From: a virus
Taxonomy: Duplodnaviria > Heunggongvirae > Uroviricota > Caudoviricetes
Strand: one strand, 5' to 3'
DNA length: 41,096 bases
IMG/VR virus record: IMGVR_UViG_2541047851_000007
Shown: positions 8,758-19,866 of the stretch, piece after piece
Position numbering within the stretch: the first letter of the stretch is position 1
Layout of the letters: each line of letters starts with the position of its first letter
Position numbers and translations under genes: made by a program
Notes under the pieces: generated by a model
The model's database searches: none
Told to the model about the DNA's origin: nothing
What the model saw: the letters and a program-made list of their open reading frames with translations, nothing else

Positions 8758-10763
8758 TAACCCACCCTCACCTGATTACTTCGCATGACCTGAGCATTTG
8801 CAGACTGTTGCCGACGTGCAACCTCATTACCGACAGCGTGCGGATCTCCGCCACCGTAAATGTGGTAGGTATTTTGCTGGTTAACCTCTGTCACTTTGCC
8901 ACTAATTCCCGCCACGGCAGCCTTATTAATCAGCTCTCGAGAATAGATATTTCTTCCATTCTCATGCTGGATAATGCTGCTCATCAATGCTGACATGGTT
9001 TGCGGATCACTCATATTCAGGGCAGCCCGGGGATCCACTCCCAGTCGTTGCGATACAGCCCTGATATACGCTGTTGTGTTGTTATTATCAGACGCAGGTG
9101 CCCAGGTAGAGATAATTTTCTCCACACTGTTTATTCCCCGTCCGGCGTACAGCATTAACTGACGAGCAAGAGCCCGTAATCCATCAAAGGCAGTTTCAAA
9201 TCTGGCAAATCGCCCGCCCGGGCGTTCAAGAGAAGCCCCTGCCTGACCAGCAAAATTAAGGTTTCCCGGATTGTTATTCCGTTCTCCTCGTTTCGTAGCC
9301 TGTGCATATTGTTCCGGCTCAGCACCTGGAATATCTGACTGAATATTTGCGCCTTTTACGGTATGAGGATTACGACCAAAATCGGTATCAATGCCAAGCC
9401 AGCGCAATGAATCTCCAATATTTTGTTTCGTGTAATCCCAGGATGACTTCGCACTGGCACCAATATTTTCGCGATCAGAGTACAAATACGCAGCATAAGC
9501 CATCCAGCCTTTTAACCACGGCGGGACCGGCAAACCTGATATTTTCCCGAAAGCCCCCAGAACCCTGGATACCCAGACACCCGCGATGAATGTACCAAGG
9601 ATTTCCAGTGCATTTTGCCAGCCGCCAACACCATCTTTTAGTTCCAGAAGGTGATCACGAAGCCAGGTGATCGCATCCTTCGCTTTATCTATTGCCGGTT
9701 GCCATTTTTCCCAGTCGATAAGACTGTTACCGCCTTCTTTCCATGTTTTGTAGTCTTCCCACAAGAGACCGAGAGCCACGATCAGACCGGTAATCAGCCC
9801 TATAGGTGACATCCAGAAAGTAGAGTTAAGTATCCGCATGGCGACAACCAGACCGCCGATAACCTCTATCAGGGTTTTCGTTTCGGCATCCAGTTTCCCC
9901 CACCACTCGATGATATCTCCGACACCATCGACTATCCGAAATGCTACCCGCCCGACTATCTCACCCAGCCAGAGGATCCCCTTTATGACCTTTGTGATGG
10001 TGACTTCAATTTTGGGAAAATTTTCAATTATCTTTTTGCGCAGGTTATCAATCTGCCCCGCCAGTCCGTCCGCAAGATTCGATCCGATTTTGTCCCGCGC
10101 CATCCTGGCCATTTCACCGAGCGATTTCAGCGAGGTCATAAACCGGTTTGACGATAAGGCAGCCTGATCGGCATTAAATCCGATCGCTTTCACCATTTCT
10201 GAATACTGAGCGCTGAACTGCCCCACTCCGCGACGCATAGCCATCAGGGTATTTTCGTCAATGCCCAGCATCTGCGCATACTGGTTAGCCCGGTAATACG
10301 GCATGCTGCTGAGTTTCTGTCCAACGCCCGTAAAGATAGCAGCCATGTCACGCATGTTACCGCTGGCATCACGGGTCTGTACGCCCAGGCGATTCAGAAA
10401 GCCTTCTGCTCCGGGATTGTTACGAATAAACCGGGAGAGGCTTTCCAGAGAAGATCGCGCAGCGTCCACACTGCCGCCAACCTGCGAAACCGCATAGCCA
10501 ATAGACTGAATTCCCTGGACCGTCGCGCCGGTGCGCTGTGACGCCCAGTAAAGATTATCCAGGCCGGAGGCGATCTTAGCCGTGAAGGCCACCACGGACA
10601 GCGCAGCCCCTTCAACAGCCAGCCCCATTTTGATGACATTTGCAGTTGTACCGGCGAGGACAGAACCGAACTTTTTCGCTCCTGCATCATCCACACTGAA
10701 GCCAAGCGAGACGAGGAAATCTTTAATAGTTTCAGCGTTCATTATCCTCTCTCCATTTCTCAA
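8757..10763 (-). CDS. Tail tape measure protein
   Basis: 668 aa; helical with hydrophobic central segments; position after tail chaperone. Confidence 0.8.
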   Translation of the reverse strand: MRNGERIMNAETIKDFLVSLGFSVDDAGAKKFGSVLAGTTANVIKMGLAVEGAALSVVAFTAKIASGLDNLYWASQRTGATVQGIQSIGYAVSQVGGSVDAARSSLESLSRFIRNNPGAEGFLNRLGVQTRDASGNMRDMAAIFTGVGQKLSSMPYYRANQYAQMLGIDENTLMAMRRGVGQFSAQYSEMVKAIGFNADQAALSSNRFMTSLKSLGEMARMARDKIGSNLADGLAGQIDNLRKKIIENFPKIEVTITKVIKGILWLGEIVGRVAFRIVDGVGDIIEWWGKLDAETKTLIEVIGGLVVAMRILNSTFWMSPIGLITGLIVALGLLWEDYKTWKEGGNSLIDWEKWQPAIDKAKDAITWLRDHLLELKDGVGGWQNALEILGTFIAGVWVSRVLGAFGKISGLPVPPWLKGWMAYAAYLYSDRENIGASAKSSWDYTKQNIGDSLRWLGIDTDFGRNPHTVKGANIQSDIPGAEPEQYAQATKRGERNNNPGNLNFAGQAGASLERPGGRFARFETAFDGLRALARQLMLYAGRGINSVEKIISTWAPASDNNNTTAYIRAVSQRLGVDPRAALNMSDPQTMSALMSSIIQHENGRNIYSRELINKAAVAGISGKVTEVNQQNTYHIYGGGDPHAVGNEVARRQQSANAQVMRSNQVRVG

Positions 10764-10919
10764 TGCGTCGCTGGTTATCCGCTTTTACCGCCAGATGGTC
10801 ATTCAAGAGAGCAATGTCATACAAATCGACAGAGCCATCTTTAAGTGCTGTATAAGGAATTAACCCGGCGTCAACCGGATTGAGAAGGTAGGACAGCCCG
10901 TCCGGCAGGCTGTTAAACG

Positions 10920-11372
10920 TCAGCCCTGTTGCAGGCTCTGCGTCGTGCTGGTAAGGGGTGTAGGCAAAAAATTTCCCAGCGAATCGGCGACCACCCGCGC
11001 CACCAGCTGCAGCATGACCAGCAAGTCAATATCATCAAACATCAGTTCGCCCTGGGTAAATACCGGCACCCATCCGTCCATATGACGCCGCGATACCACC
11101 GCAAGACAGGGATGAATAATCGCATCGGTGTCATCTTCGGTCAGGGAAGACAGTTCCTCAGCGATACGCGGGAGCATGGTTTCAAACACCGGTTTTAATT
11201 GCTCGAATTTCACGGTGTCGATTTTGCCGTCAGCAGGCAAACGGGAGCGAATGCTCCCGAAATCTGACATCATTCCCGCCAGTACCGGCAGAAGTTTGCG
11301 GGTCACTTTCAGCTGGTCAAAAACGCTGAGTTTTGCCACGCGATATTTCACACCTTTAATTTCGAATTCCAT
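10920..11372 (-). CDS. Tail assembly chaperone
   Basis: 150 aa; between tube and tape measure genes. Confidence 0.5.
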   Translation of the reverse strand: MEFEIKGVKYRVAKLSVFDQLKVTRKLLPVLAGMMSDFGSIRSRLPADGKIDTVKFEQLKPVFETMLPRIAEELSSLTEDDTDAIIHPCLAVVSRRHMDGWVPVFTQGELMFDDIDLLVMLQLVARVVADSLGNFLPTPLTSTTQSLQQG

Positions 11373-11375
11373 GCA

Positions 11376-11816
11376 TTAAAACTCCCCGAGAACCTGGTCA
11401 ATCTTGCCGCAGTCAAACACCCACGGCATCGTATTACCGGTTTTAGCGTTGGCGTTATCCGGTTGTTTCTGGAACGCAACACTGCGTGCCGTGATGATGT
11501 CGCCGCTGACCTTGTTGCGGATCACGATAACGTTATTCCCCCATGTGGCAGAAGACTGGCTCTGTGCGTTATACGCCAGCGACAATTTTTTATTTGTCGG
11601 TGATGTCTTCAGAAGGTTAACGGTAATCGTCCCGCTTTTATCTGCATGGAGACTGTGCATCACTTCGCCATCAGCACCGATGGTCATGGTGTTTTTAGGA
11701 CCACCCATCGCAACCACAATCCCCTCTTCAGAACTTGCCGAACCGTACCCGAGGTCAATCGAACCGGTCGGCCCGGTCAGCGTCGCAGTGACATCCATAA
11801 AAGAATAGGTAGACAT
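11376..11816 (-). CDS. Tail tube protein
   Basis: 146 aa; directly downstream of sheath-like gene. Confidence 0.5.
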   Translation of the reverse strand: MSTYSFMDVTATLTGPTGSIDLGYGSASSEEGIVVAMGGPKNTMTIGADGEVMHSLHADKSGTITVNLLKTSPTNKKLSLAYNAQSQSSATWGNNVIVIRNKVSGDIITARSVAFQKQPDNANAKTGNTMPWVFDCGKIDQVLGEF

Positions 11817-11826
11817 TCACTTCCCC

Positions 11827-12972
11827 TTAGCGAACAACGTTAATCTGTACGTCAGCGTAATGAACCGCGCCTGCAAGTTTTATTGCAGCCTGAATCACCG
11901 GAGCCTTACGGGCTTCACGTTCTGATTGTGCCTGTTCATCCAGCGGCTGGGCGTATACGTAATAACCTTTGGGCAGTGTGTCACCTGATGACAACTGACC
12001 AAGGTCGCCCCCGTTCCATACGCCCGGAGCAATCAGTCCATTCTGAACGGCCTGATCCAGTGATTTTTCAACATTTGATAACAGTCGGGTAATACCGGCT
12101 TCAGTCTGGGGAACTTTCGTGGTACTGGAATAAAGCAGGTTATAGAGGTTGGTCTGCACATAATTCTGTAACCAGTCCAGGCCGTGGCGTTCATCAAAGA
12201 AATCGCCGTTAGCCATCACTCCCTGCTGGAGGATAGCTGTATCATTCTGGTAGTACACGAACACATTGCAGTTTTTTGCATCAAGTGCCGATGCCTGGCT
12301 GACTGTCAGTGTTTCATACCCGACACCCGGCTCCTGCTTAAACTTGAGCGTAATCGCGGTATTACTGCCATTGAAATTAACCGTGAATGCCCGGCCAAAT
12401 GCAGATAACGCAGCGTATTTATTACCCGATGAATACTGAATAAAACTGCGTGAATATCCGGCGGTTTTCAGTTTTGATGCCAAATCATCGCTGGATGCAG
12501 TCTGCAGGCATTTCTCATCGCTTGTCGTAATCGCCAGAATACGGCTTACAGAAGAGGATTCGATCGCCGCAGCCACTTTCAGCCAGTCTGCATCCGGAAT
12601 ATCTTCATCGCCTGCAATCCCCAGCCCATACCATGAAGTATAATCGAGCATGGCATTCACAGCCTGCTCCAGCGTCTCAGGCGTGGCCTGTTCGCTGTCT
12701 CCCTTCGTTTTCACCCAACGACCAACAAAAACCTCCTGAGGTTTCGGTGATTGTGAGAAAAACACCTGCGCAGCTTTATATTCTGGTGATTCCACGCCAA
12801 AATCTTTTCCAATATCTTCCGCGGCAGAATAACGACGAATGCGCTCACTTACCGGAATGATTGTGGACGGGCCGAGAATGAGTAATGCACCAAAATTTCG
12901 CCCTGATGCTGCACGCGGCGACATGATCACATCAACATTAACAACGTTTGATACAGGCAAGCCCTGTGCCAT
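11827..12972 (-). CDS. Tail sheath protein
   Basis: 381 aa; first gene of sheath-tube-chaperone-TMP order. Confidence 0.5.
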   Translation of the reverse strand: MAQGLPVSNVVNVDVIMSPRAASGRNFGALLILGPSTIIPVSERIRRYSAAEDIGKDFGVESPEYKAAQVFFSQSPKPQEVFVGRWVKTKGDSEQATPETLEQAVNAMLDYTSWYGLGIAGDEDIPDADWLKVAAAIESSSVSRILAITTSDEKCLQTASSDDLASKLKTAGYSRSFIQYSSGNKYAALSAFGRAFTVNFNGSNTAITLKFKQEPGVGYETLTVSQASALDAKNCNVFVYYQNDTAILQQGVMANGDFFDERHGLDWLQNYVQTNLYNLLYSSTTKVPQTEAGITRLLSNVEKSLDQAVQNGLIAPGVWNGGDLGQLSSGDTLPKGYYVYAQPLDEQAQSEREARKAPVIQAAIKLAGAVHYADVQINVVR

Positions 12973-12975
12973 AGC

Positions 12976-13542
12976 TTAATCTCCGAAAAAGATGACTGGT
13001 GCTTCCACCAGCGATTTAATACCGTACTCGCGCACAACCTTCCGGCGCAGACGCACCGTCATATCGTAGCGGCGGACCCATTGCTGATTAATAAGTTCAG
13101 GGAAGGGAGTCAGACCTGTGTAATCGCCAAGAGACAGCCCCAGCGCATTCAGTGCTGCGTTGTTCTGCGGTACAGATATACCGTCACGAAACCGGGACGC
13201 ATACACCATCCCCGCCGGACCATAAAACGAAGCCATACACTCAATCGTTTCATGCCGCCAGAGCTGAGAGCCATCATCGGTCTGTCTGGTGAATGCCGGA
13301 CTGTCATCACCTGACCATCCGATAACCCCAAACGCACACCAGTTCGTTTCAGCCGGTAGCAGTGGCGGTTGCTCTTTCTGCCAGCGCGGACGAACCATCC
13401 CGGCAGACAGACCGGAAACGTTACGCATCCACTGGCTTAACAGCCTGTCGAGCGCTTCGTCATAATCCGGATCGCCACTGGTTGGTATTAACCATCCGCG
13501 CTCTGTACTGGTGTTATTGCTCAACCGGAGTTCCCCCATCAA
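12976..13542 (-). CDS. Neck/tail completion-like hypothetical protein
   Basis: 188 aa; between head and tail modules. Confidence 0.35.
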   Translation of the reverse strand: MMGELRLSNNTSTERGWLIPTSGDPDYDEALDRLLSQWMRNVSGLSAGMVRPRWQKEQPPLLPAETNWCAFGVIGWSGDDSPAFTRQTDDGSQLWRHETIECMASFYGPAGMVYASRFRDGISVPQNNAALNALGLSLGDYTGLTPFPELINQQWVRRYDMTVRLRRKVVREYGIKSLVEAPVIFFGD

Positions 13543-13903
13543 ACGGCATCAACTCACAATGCGCCTGAACGAATCCGGCCCCATAAGCTGTATACGGGTC
13601 GACGAAGGTCACACGATAATCACGGCCCTGATACGTCACGATATCGGCATCACGGCCAGTCTGTCCCTGCGTCAGTCGCTCAGTCGTCACGATCAGAATT
13701 GCACCGCTGATTACCTGCCCGGCCTGCATACGGCGGTTTTCCAGAGAGCGATCAACAGTTACGACTCCGGCAAACTGCTTTTTAACTTCACTGTCGCTGC
13801 CGATCCCGTCCTCATCCACCGTTTGCTCTCGGCGTGTTACCCACAAATTGAAGTCGCAAAAATCGGGGTCAAAAAGCACATCTGTTACATCAAGAGTCGG
13901 CAT
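13514..13903 (-). CDS. Head-tail joining hypothetical protein
   Basis: 129 aa; coupled in structural operon. Confidence 0.35.
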   Translation of the reverse strand: MPTLDVTDVLFDPDFCDFNLWVTRREQTVDEDGIGSDSEVKKQFAGVVTVDRSLENRRMQAGQVISGAILIVTTERLTQGQTGRDADIVTYQGRDYRVTFVDPYTAYGAGFVQAHCELMPFDGGTPVEQ

Positions 13904-14444
13904 CTTTATCCCTCACAACATGGGTAATCGCTCTGCGATATTGCCCGGTGTCAATTAATGGTTTCGCCAGATCGGTTCCCGGAGATTCGCCAGCAGCACG
14001 CCGGGCAAGTTCCAGTGTTGCCCCCTTGCGCCCCCGACGAGCCCGGGCTTCAACAGTACTGTCAGCAAGCGGCGTAAAGCCGGTAATGGTCATGTAACGC
14101 CTGACGCCATTAACGGCCAGCGTTCCGGCACGGTTGAGTGCACTTTCTGCTCCCGCAGCATTACCATCAAGTGCAGCCTGCGCCGCGGTTTTAAGCTGCG
14201 GCACCGTCTGCTCTTCTGCCGATTTAACGCCGGGGACCAGGTGAGGTCGTGGCGGGATGTTCTGCTCTGGTGAGCCGTATTCGTTGAGGTAACCGATGCC
14301 CGCATTACCAAACGGAACATCATCCCGCTCGCTGTCTTCCGAAGGGATGCCGACCAGCACATCTTTTTTGGTTAACGACCTGAGCGCATCCAGAATGGCC
14401 TTAGCGTTATCCACCCTCGTTGTTACACCGCTTTTGAAACTCAT
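13890..14444 (-). CDS. Virion morphogenesis / head-tail adaptor-like protein
   Basis: 184 aa; position only. Confidence 0.35.
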   Translation of the reverse strand: MSFKSGVTTRVDNAKAILDALRSLTKKDVLVGIPSEDSERDDVPFGNAGIGYLNEYGSPEQNIPPRPHLVPGVKSAEEQTVPQLKTAAQAALDGNAAGAESALNRAGTLAVNGVRRYMTITGFTPLADSTVEARARRGRKGATLELARRAAGESPGTDLAKPLIDTGQYRRAITHVVRDKDADS

Positions 14445-14848
14445 AGCTGGCGACCACCTGCACCGAACATCATGATCAACTGATAAAATTCAGCGCCATA
14501 TCGGGTGTTATTCCAGAAACCTGCATCAGGATTCAGCGTCGCGCTGGTGTCATAACTGACGCTTACCTTATCCACGGACTTTGAGGACTGAACACCATTG
14601 GTTGAACCGCCCGGACCACCAGCCAGCATCGCCCTGCTGTCTGCCGCCCAGAGCGTCATGTAGTGCGCAACGAACAACCCGGCAAAGTACGGAAACAACT
14701 TTTTGCCGGTGACGTTTTCGCTCAGTAGTTCATCTGCCAGATTCAGACGAAACTGGATTTGCGCTTCGGGATATTTGGCAGGGTCAGCAAACTGCGGGAA
14801 GTCGCGGCGAAAATCACTTACCGCTGGCAGACTTTGATTCTTTGGCAT
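14441..14848 (-). CDS. Head-tail connector-like protein
   Basis: 135 aa; position only. Confidence 0.35.
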   Translation of the reverse strand: MPKNQSLPAVSDFRRDFPQFADPAKYPEAQIQFRLNLADELLSENVTGKKLFPYFAGLFVAHYMTLWAADSRAMLAGGPGGSTNGVQSSKSVDKVSVSYDTSATLNPDAGFWNNTRYGAEFYQLIMMFGAGGRQL

Positions 14849-15035
14849 TTTTTACCTCGTTACGCGCGTCTGTGGCTTTGCCAACGGATACTTCCGCGTG
14901 CGCACGAGTGAACCAGTGCGTGGCAACGTCTTCCTCCACAGCATGACGGCCTTTAACAAACTCGCGCCGTGAACCGTCGGGAAGCGTGAGCACAAACGGG
15001 GTATGTACGTGTATTACTGCATTATTTTTTGCCAT
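14814..15035 (-). CDS. Small structural-module protein
   Basis: 73 aa; RBS AAGGA upstream; follows capsid gene. Confidence 0.35.
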   Translation of the reverse strand: MAKNNAVIHVHTPFVLTLPDGSRREFVKGRHAVEEDVATHWFTRAHAEVSVGKATDARNEVKNAKESKSASGK

Positions 15036-15076
15036 CGGGTCATCCTTAATGGCCCCGCCAGGGGGCCATGTGGCTG

Positions 15077-16018
15077 TTAAATGCCATCAACGTACGAAAT
15101 GGTTTCTTTGTACACTGGCTCAACCGCACCCAGCTTGCCGTAGTAAGTGACGATCTGATACAGACCGCGATACTGCACCGGCACGCTCTGAAGCGGAACC
15201 AGCGGGTAGCGGACGTATTTTTTATCGTTGGTGTACGCAACCATGCGATCCTTTTTCCCCACACCACGGCCTTTCAGCCATTTAACCGCGCGGATATTCA
15301 GCGGAACACCGTTCTGGTGATAGCTGATGGTGTTGGTCCGAAGGTACGTCAACAGGGACTGGTTACCCGCAGATGAAACGATGATGCTGGACAACAGAGC
15401 AAACTGCTCAGGCGGGATCAGCAAATCACGCGGAACCACAGAGTAACCGGAAGCGGCCCACGCATCAGACAGCACCTGGTTAATGCTTGCGCGGATTTCG
15501 TCCGGTGTTGAGGTTGCCCACGTTTTGGCAGAGTTGTTGACAGGCACGCCGTCCAGGGTAACAAGGCCTTTCAGGTTTAATGCGGAATCGCCAACATATA
15601 CCTGTTCATCGTTATCCATCTGCCATTTCAGTTGCATACCGTCATACTTCTGCGTATCAATCGGGCGGCCGACCTGCTGAGCAGCCTGCAATTCTATGAT
15701 CGTCCAGCCAAGTTCCATCCCCCACAGGTTCAGCGGGTTACCGGATTTGCCGATATCCACGTTCACGCCAGCAATAGCGGTTGAGTCTTTGCCTACCCAG
15801 TTTTTGCCATTCGGATTTGCACCAGTACCCGCAGCGGCGAAGCTGGTATTCGTCCAGCTGGAAATGTCATCTGCGATAGAGACATCTTCACGCAACTGAA
15901 TATCGCGGGTCCAGGTGTACCCCACCAGCGGCAGGTTCAGCGTCTGGTCGAGTCGCTCCAGCTCCCCGATGAGAAAGGCACCAGAGCTGTCAACGGTTGC
16001 CTGATCAAAAGTAATCAT
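15077..16018 (-). CDS. Major capsid protein
   Basis: 313 aa; after scaffold/protease-like gene; GC-rich hairpin (15052-15068) just downstream. Confidence 0.6.
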   Translation of the reverse strand: MITFDQATVDSSGAFLIGELERLDQTLNLPLVGYTWTRDIQLREDVSIADDISSWTNTSFAAAGTGANPNGKNWVGKDSTAIAGVNVDIGKSGNPLNLWGMELGWTIIELQAAQQVGRPIDTQKYDGMQLKWQMDNDEQVYVGDSALNLKGLVTLDGVPVNNSAKTWATSTPDEIRASINQVLSDAWAASGYSVVPRDLLIPPEQFALLSSIIVSSAGNQSLLTYLRTNTISYHQNGVPLNIRAVKWLKGRGVGKKDRMVAYTNDKKYVRYPLVPLQSVPVQYRGLYQIVTYYGKLGAVEPVYKETISYVDGI

Positions 16019-16029
16019 TCGTCTGTTCC

Positions 16030-16536
16030 TTAAATTTTCCAGGAAATTTCTGCATTGCCGTCAGCATCACCGGCACCTGTGAATTCAGCGTTGGTCAGCA
16101 CCACATTTTTGCCACTGACTGACGTGGACATGAATCCACCCAGCGGCACTTTGATGGATTCATCAGTGGAGACGACAACGTATACCGGGTCGCCTTTTTT
16201 GATGGTGCTGGCATCAAAATCAGAACCGAGATTAACGGTCACGTAGCCACGCTTCATGGCGTCGCCCGGGAAGTTCTTGCCACTCCCCACCTGGCGAACC
16301 ATGTCCGGCTGCGAAGTGGTCGGATAAGGGCGCACGTAGATCCCCTTCACCTTGTCTGCGGTATCACCATCTGCCAGCGGCACGAAAAAACCGTCATCAT
16401 CGTATTTACCAGCCAGCCCATAGGCAGCGAAGGCGTTATCGGATTTAAGGACCACCGGTTCGACGGTTAAGTCCTGCGGGCGAGAGACAGCCCCGGCAAT
16501 GCCAACAGGCATCCGGTACAGAAATACATTATTCAT
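16030..16536 (-). CDS. Head decoration or scaffold-like protein
   Basis: 168 aa; between protease/scaffold and capsid genes. Confidence 0.4.
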   Translation of the reverse strand: MNNVFLYRMPVGIAGAVSRPQDLTVEPVVLKSDNAFAAYGLAGKYDDDGFFVPLADGDTADKVKGIYVRPYPTTSQPDMVRQVGSGKNFPGDAMKRGYVTVNLGSDFDASTIKKGDPVYVVVSTDESIKVPLGGFMSTSVSGKNVVLTNAEFTGAGDADGNAEISWKI

Positions 16537-16539
16537 TTT

Positions 16540-17760
16540 TTACCCTTTACGGTTTGCCCAGAATTCAGCGTTTTGTTTGTTCAGGGAAGCGATACTGGTC
16601 ATGCCCATATTTGGGCGCTGTGCATCGCCGGTGGTGGCGCGGGTGTTTCGCCCTTTGGCAATCTCAGACACGGCATTAAACGCCATGTCGACCGATTGTT
16701 TCGGCAATTTGCGGATATCCGCATCACCGACTATCTGGCGAACCAGCGTTTTGTCAGCAGAAGCCAGAACCTCACGTTTGAACGCGGTCGGTTTCATCTT
16801 ACGGCTCAGATCAATACCCGGAACGATAACTTCGGCACGCCAGGCTGAGTCACCAGTAATCGTGGTTTCCTCTTCATCGTCCTCGCCGTCACCGGTCGGA
16901 TTATCGTCAGGCTTATTGTCGTTATCGCCCGTCGCATTTCCTTCCAGCTTAGCCAGCAGGGCTTTCAGTAATGTTTTGAGGTCATCATCACTGTCGCCCG
17001 TTGGACCTCCGCCCATCTCTGGTGCTTTGTCCGGTAGCGGTTGCTGCGGGGACAGGTTGATGTTGAGATTAACGCCCTGCGGCAAATCCCCCTCATCTCC
17101 TGTAACCGATGCGGGAGCCGACTCCACCAGTTCGTTCATGGTGTCAGCGTCACCCGTTTTGATGGCCGTGCGCATGCGGGTCCACCAGCTTTTCTTTTGA
17201 TTTGCCATTGTGTCTCTGTCTCCAATTGCACAACGATTTCCGGCTCTGCCTTTGGGGACAAGAGCCACATGGTTTCCGGTAATATCAACCTGCTCAGCCT
17301 TACCCGGCTCAGTCTGCTTATATTCCGCGTCATAGCCACACGACACTTCGCGCAGGCCATCTTCGATCAGCTGAATGGCGTTTTCGTCTTTGACGATAAG
17401 GTCAGCCAGCATCAAATCAGACTGCACACCCGTCCCGCGCCGGACATTCTGAAGATGCCCGACCGCGAGCTCTTTCCAGTTCTCTGGATTCACCAGCCGC
17501 ACATCCCCGTTTTCATCCTCGGGATGCAACACCGTGATACTCATTCCTTCGAATGAGGCAAGCGTGGCGGGATGGAATACCTGCTCAGGAGAACGCGTGA
17601 CGACTATTTCACCGAACTTATCGGGTTTCAGTTTTGGCAGGTCATCAGCACCATAGAGCTGCTTACCTGTTCGTCCTATCGGCACGTCTTTGCACAGCAA
17701 CGAGCCGTCAGCCAGCTGATAGCGGGTTTCCCCCAGCCGGGTATTGAAAAAATATTTCAT
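16540..17760 (-). CDS. Prohead protease/scaffold-like protein
   Basis: 406 aa; strongly acidic internal tract (GDNDNKPDDNPTGDGEDDEEE). Confidence 0.45.
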   Translation of the reverse strand: MKYFFNTRLGETRYQLADGSLLCKDVPIGRTGKQLYGADDLPKLKPDKFGEIVVTRSPEQVFHPATLASFEGMSITVLHPEDENGDVRLVNPENWKELAVGHLQNVRRGTGVQSDLMLADLIVKDENAIQLIEDGLREVSCGYDAEYKQTEPGKAEQVDITGNHVALVPKGRAGNRCAIGDRDTMANQKKSWWTRMRTAIKTGDADTMNELVESAPASVTGDEGDLPQGVNLNINLSPQQPLPDKAPEMGGGPTGDSDDDLKTLLKALLAKLEGNATGDNDNKPDDNPTGDGEDDEEETTITGDSAWRAEVIVPGIDLSRKMKPTAFKREVLASADKTLVRQIVGDADIRKLPKQSVDMAFNAVSEIAKGRNTRATTGDAQRPNMGMTSIASLNKQNAEFWANRKG

Positions 17761-17774
17761 GTGTTACCTGCGAT

Positions 17775-18548
17775 TCAGGCGGGGTAAGAATGGGAGGTGG
17801 GAAAAACAATTTCTTTATAACAACGACAATTCGGGAACTCGCCAGCGTGACCTGTCATGCCGTCAAGCGTTGGAGGTTTGCCCCATTCGACAAATTTACC
17901 TTCCATTTCCCGATGAGAATGCCTGACGTCACCATCTTCGGCTGTACGCCAGATATAACCATTCGAACCAATTGCCAGCGCACGCGCCTGATCCAGCGCG
18001 CCGGTTGCACGTCCAAGTTCAGTACGGGCAATCAGGTCAGCTCTGGACTTTGCTATATCACCCGATGCTGCTATTTCTTTAGCAAAATGTTCTGCTCTCC
18101 CACCGGTCACAACAGCTTCAATCGCCCGATTCTGGATGTCGTACACCCTGTCAGCCGCCTCGAGGGGGAGCGATTTGATGTACTTGACCTGTTCGGCGAT
18201 GATGGATTGCATCACCTGGCCCACAGGAGCGCTTTCCACAAGATTGCGGAGCTCGCGACTGATGTTCTTGCTGTGTTGCCGCCAAACTTTCTCGTTCTGC
18301 CGGGTCAGGTCCGCAGTAAAGTTTTCCGCGACCTTTGTCGCCCAGGGGGTGATGATTTCACTGTAGCGTTCCAGCGCCTCAATAATTTCCGTGATACTGT
18401 CATTTGAACCATCGTAGCGACCATTTACGATGTCTCCGACCGCCCGCGCTATCCTGCGTAGGCTGGTTCGATAGCGGATTTCCGCCTGACGGTTCCTGCG
18501 GTTCGTCATCAGGTTCGCCGATGCCGGGCGGCGCTTCATCTTCGGCAT
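17775..18548 (-). CDS. Head morphogenesis protein (Mu F / SPP1 gp7-like)
   Basis: 257 aa; immediately after portal; true start may be internal (overlaps portal 3' end). Confidence 0.5.
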   Translation of the reverse strand: MPKMKRRPASANLMTNRRNRQAEIRYRTSLRRIARAVGDIVNGRYDGSNDSITEIIEALERYSEIITPWATKVAENFTADLTRQNEKVWRQHSKNISRELRNLVESAPVGQVMQSIIAEQVKYIKSLPLEAADRVYDIQNRAIEAVVTGGRAEHFAKEIAASGDIAKSRADLIARTELGRATGALDQARALAIGSNGYIWRTAEDGDVRHSHREMEGKFVEWGKPPTLDGMTGHAGEFPNCRCYKEIVFPTSHSYPA

Positions 18549-19866
18549 TCTCGATGTCCTCGTCGGTAATGGATGCCCCGATGCCGGTTACGTCAGAATT
18601 TTCGCGCAAATCAGTCATAGCGGCTTTCAGTGTCATCAGACCATCACCCAGCGCTGTACTGATTGCGTTGGTGGTGTTTAACGCCACCGTTGAGCGATCG
18701 ACATCAGACATTTGCCAGAGCGGGTTAAACTCAAACGTGAAATCGTCCGGCAGCGGCTTGCCAAGTTCCGAACGATGCATGATGTCCAGTATCCGCCGCA
18801 CCGGAAGACGTAAACGTCTCTCCTGCAACGAGCTTACCCGATCGTAATAGTTGGCAAGGTCTGCATCGCCGGTAGAAAATCCTTTCGGGGACTGTCCGAA
18901 CAACCGCACCAGTGGGATACCAACAGCGCCACTAATCTGTTCTGCAAACTGTGAAAGGATGTCATCCAGACCACTGAAGCTGTACTGATGGGTTTCAAAC
19001 TTATCCCGCGAGTCCATGAGCGTCATGCCTTCATTACTCTGGAACTGTCGAATCAGGTCGATATTCTTCAGCAACGCTTCATACGCAGGACCACCAAGTG
19101 CGATAAGCTCGCGTAGCTTCTCCACGCTGTAGGTACGCAAATGCGCTTTGTAGACCAGCTGCGCCGCGCCGACAGTAGCGCTGTCGAACGCGGTAAGACG
19201 ATCCCAGATACGCTCTACAACCGACATTCCCCATTCGTTCTCGGTCATCTTCTGCTGAAATGGCAGCGTGACGCCATCAAAGCGAATCAGTCGACTGTGA
19301 TGAATGCGCCAGGCAGGAATTCCCGTTGCTGTGGTCACCACATCGTAAAACTCAGGTTTACCCAGGTCCGGCCCCATATCTTTAATGCGGCGGGTCAGTA
19401 CCGGGTCAATCATCCAGCGGTCGAGCGGGAGAATCCCCTTAAACTTGCCCTTACCGATGGTTTCGGGTCGCAGCGGGGTCATTGGTGCCTGCCCCTCAAT
19501 CATGATGAAACCCACCGCGCCGCCGTAGAGGCGCGACCATTTCAGCACGTCATTCAGCGCATCCCAGATTTGCAACTCATCCAGTTGTGATTCGAGAATG
19601 CCGCGATCTTTTGCATCAATTTCCGAAGTGATGCGAATGCCTTTGCGGGTCATATCATCCGGGATAGCATCGACCGCTTCGCCGATGATCCAGGACGAAC
19701 GATAGGACCATTCCACCAGCATGCGGTTACGACTGGTGAAATTAGCCCGGTAGGTGGATGCTGAGTGCTGGTTAGGTGTCTGCATCCCTACGCGGGCAAT
19801 AAAATTCTCATAACCATCAGCTGTGGCCTGCGCAGTTCGCCGCAGGGCTTGTTTGTTTCGTGCCAT
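18400..19866 (-). CDS. Portal protein
   Basis: 488 aa; directly downstream of large terminase; acidic C-terminal region. Confidence 0.7.
   Translation of the reverse strand: MARNKQALRRTAQATADGYENFIARVGMQTPNQHSASTYRANFTSRNRMLVEWSYRSSWIIGEAVDAIPDDMTRKGIRITSEIDAKDRGILESQLDELQIWDALNDVLKWSRLYGGAVGFIMIEGQAPMTPLRPETIGKGKFKGILPLDRWMIDPVLTRRIKDMGPDLGKPEFYDVVTTATGIPAWRIHHSRLIRFDGVTLPFQQKMTENEWGMSVVERIWDRLTAFDSATVGAAQLVYKAHLRTYSVEKLRELIALGGPAYEALLKNIDLIRQFQSNEGMTLMDSRDKFETHQYSFSGLDDILSQFAEQISGAVGIPLVRLFGQSPKGFSTGDADLANYYDRVSSLQERRLRLPVRRILDIMHRSELGKPLPDDFTFEFNPLWQMSDVDRSTVALNTTNAISTALGDGLMTLKAAMTDLRENSDVTGIGASITDEDIENAEDEAPPGIGEPDDEPQEPSGGNPLSNQPTQDSAGGRRHRKWSLRWFK

Noticed and set aside
10394-10705. 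Antisense and alternative-frame ORFs inside the tape measure gene
   Set aside because: Fully contained in a long, well-supported gene on the opposite strand; composition-driven artefacts
16499-17200. 233-aa plus-strand ORF antisense to the prohead protease/scaffold gene
   Set aside because: Ser/Pro-rich low-complexity product fully embedded antisense in a structural gene
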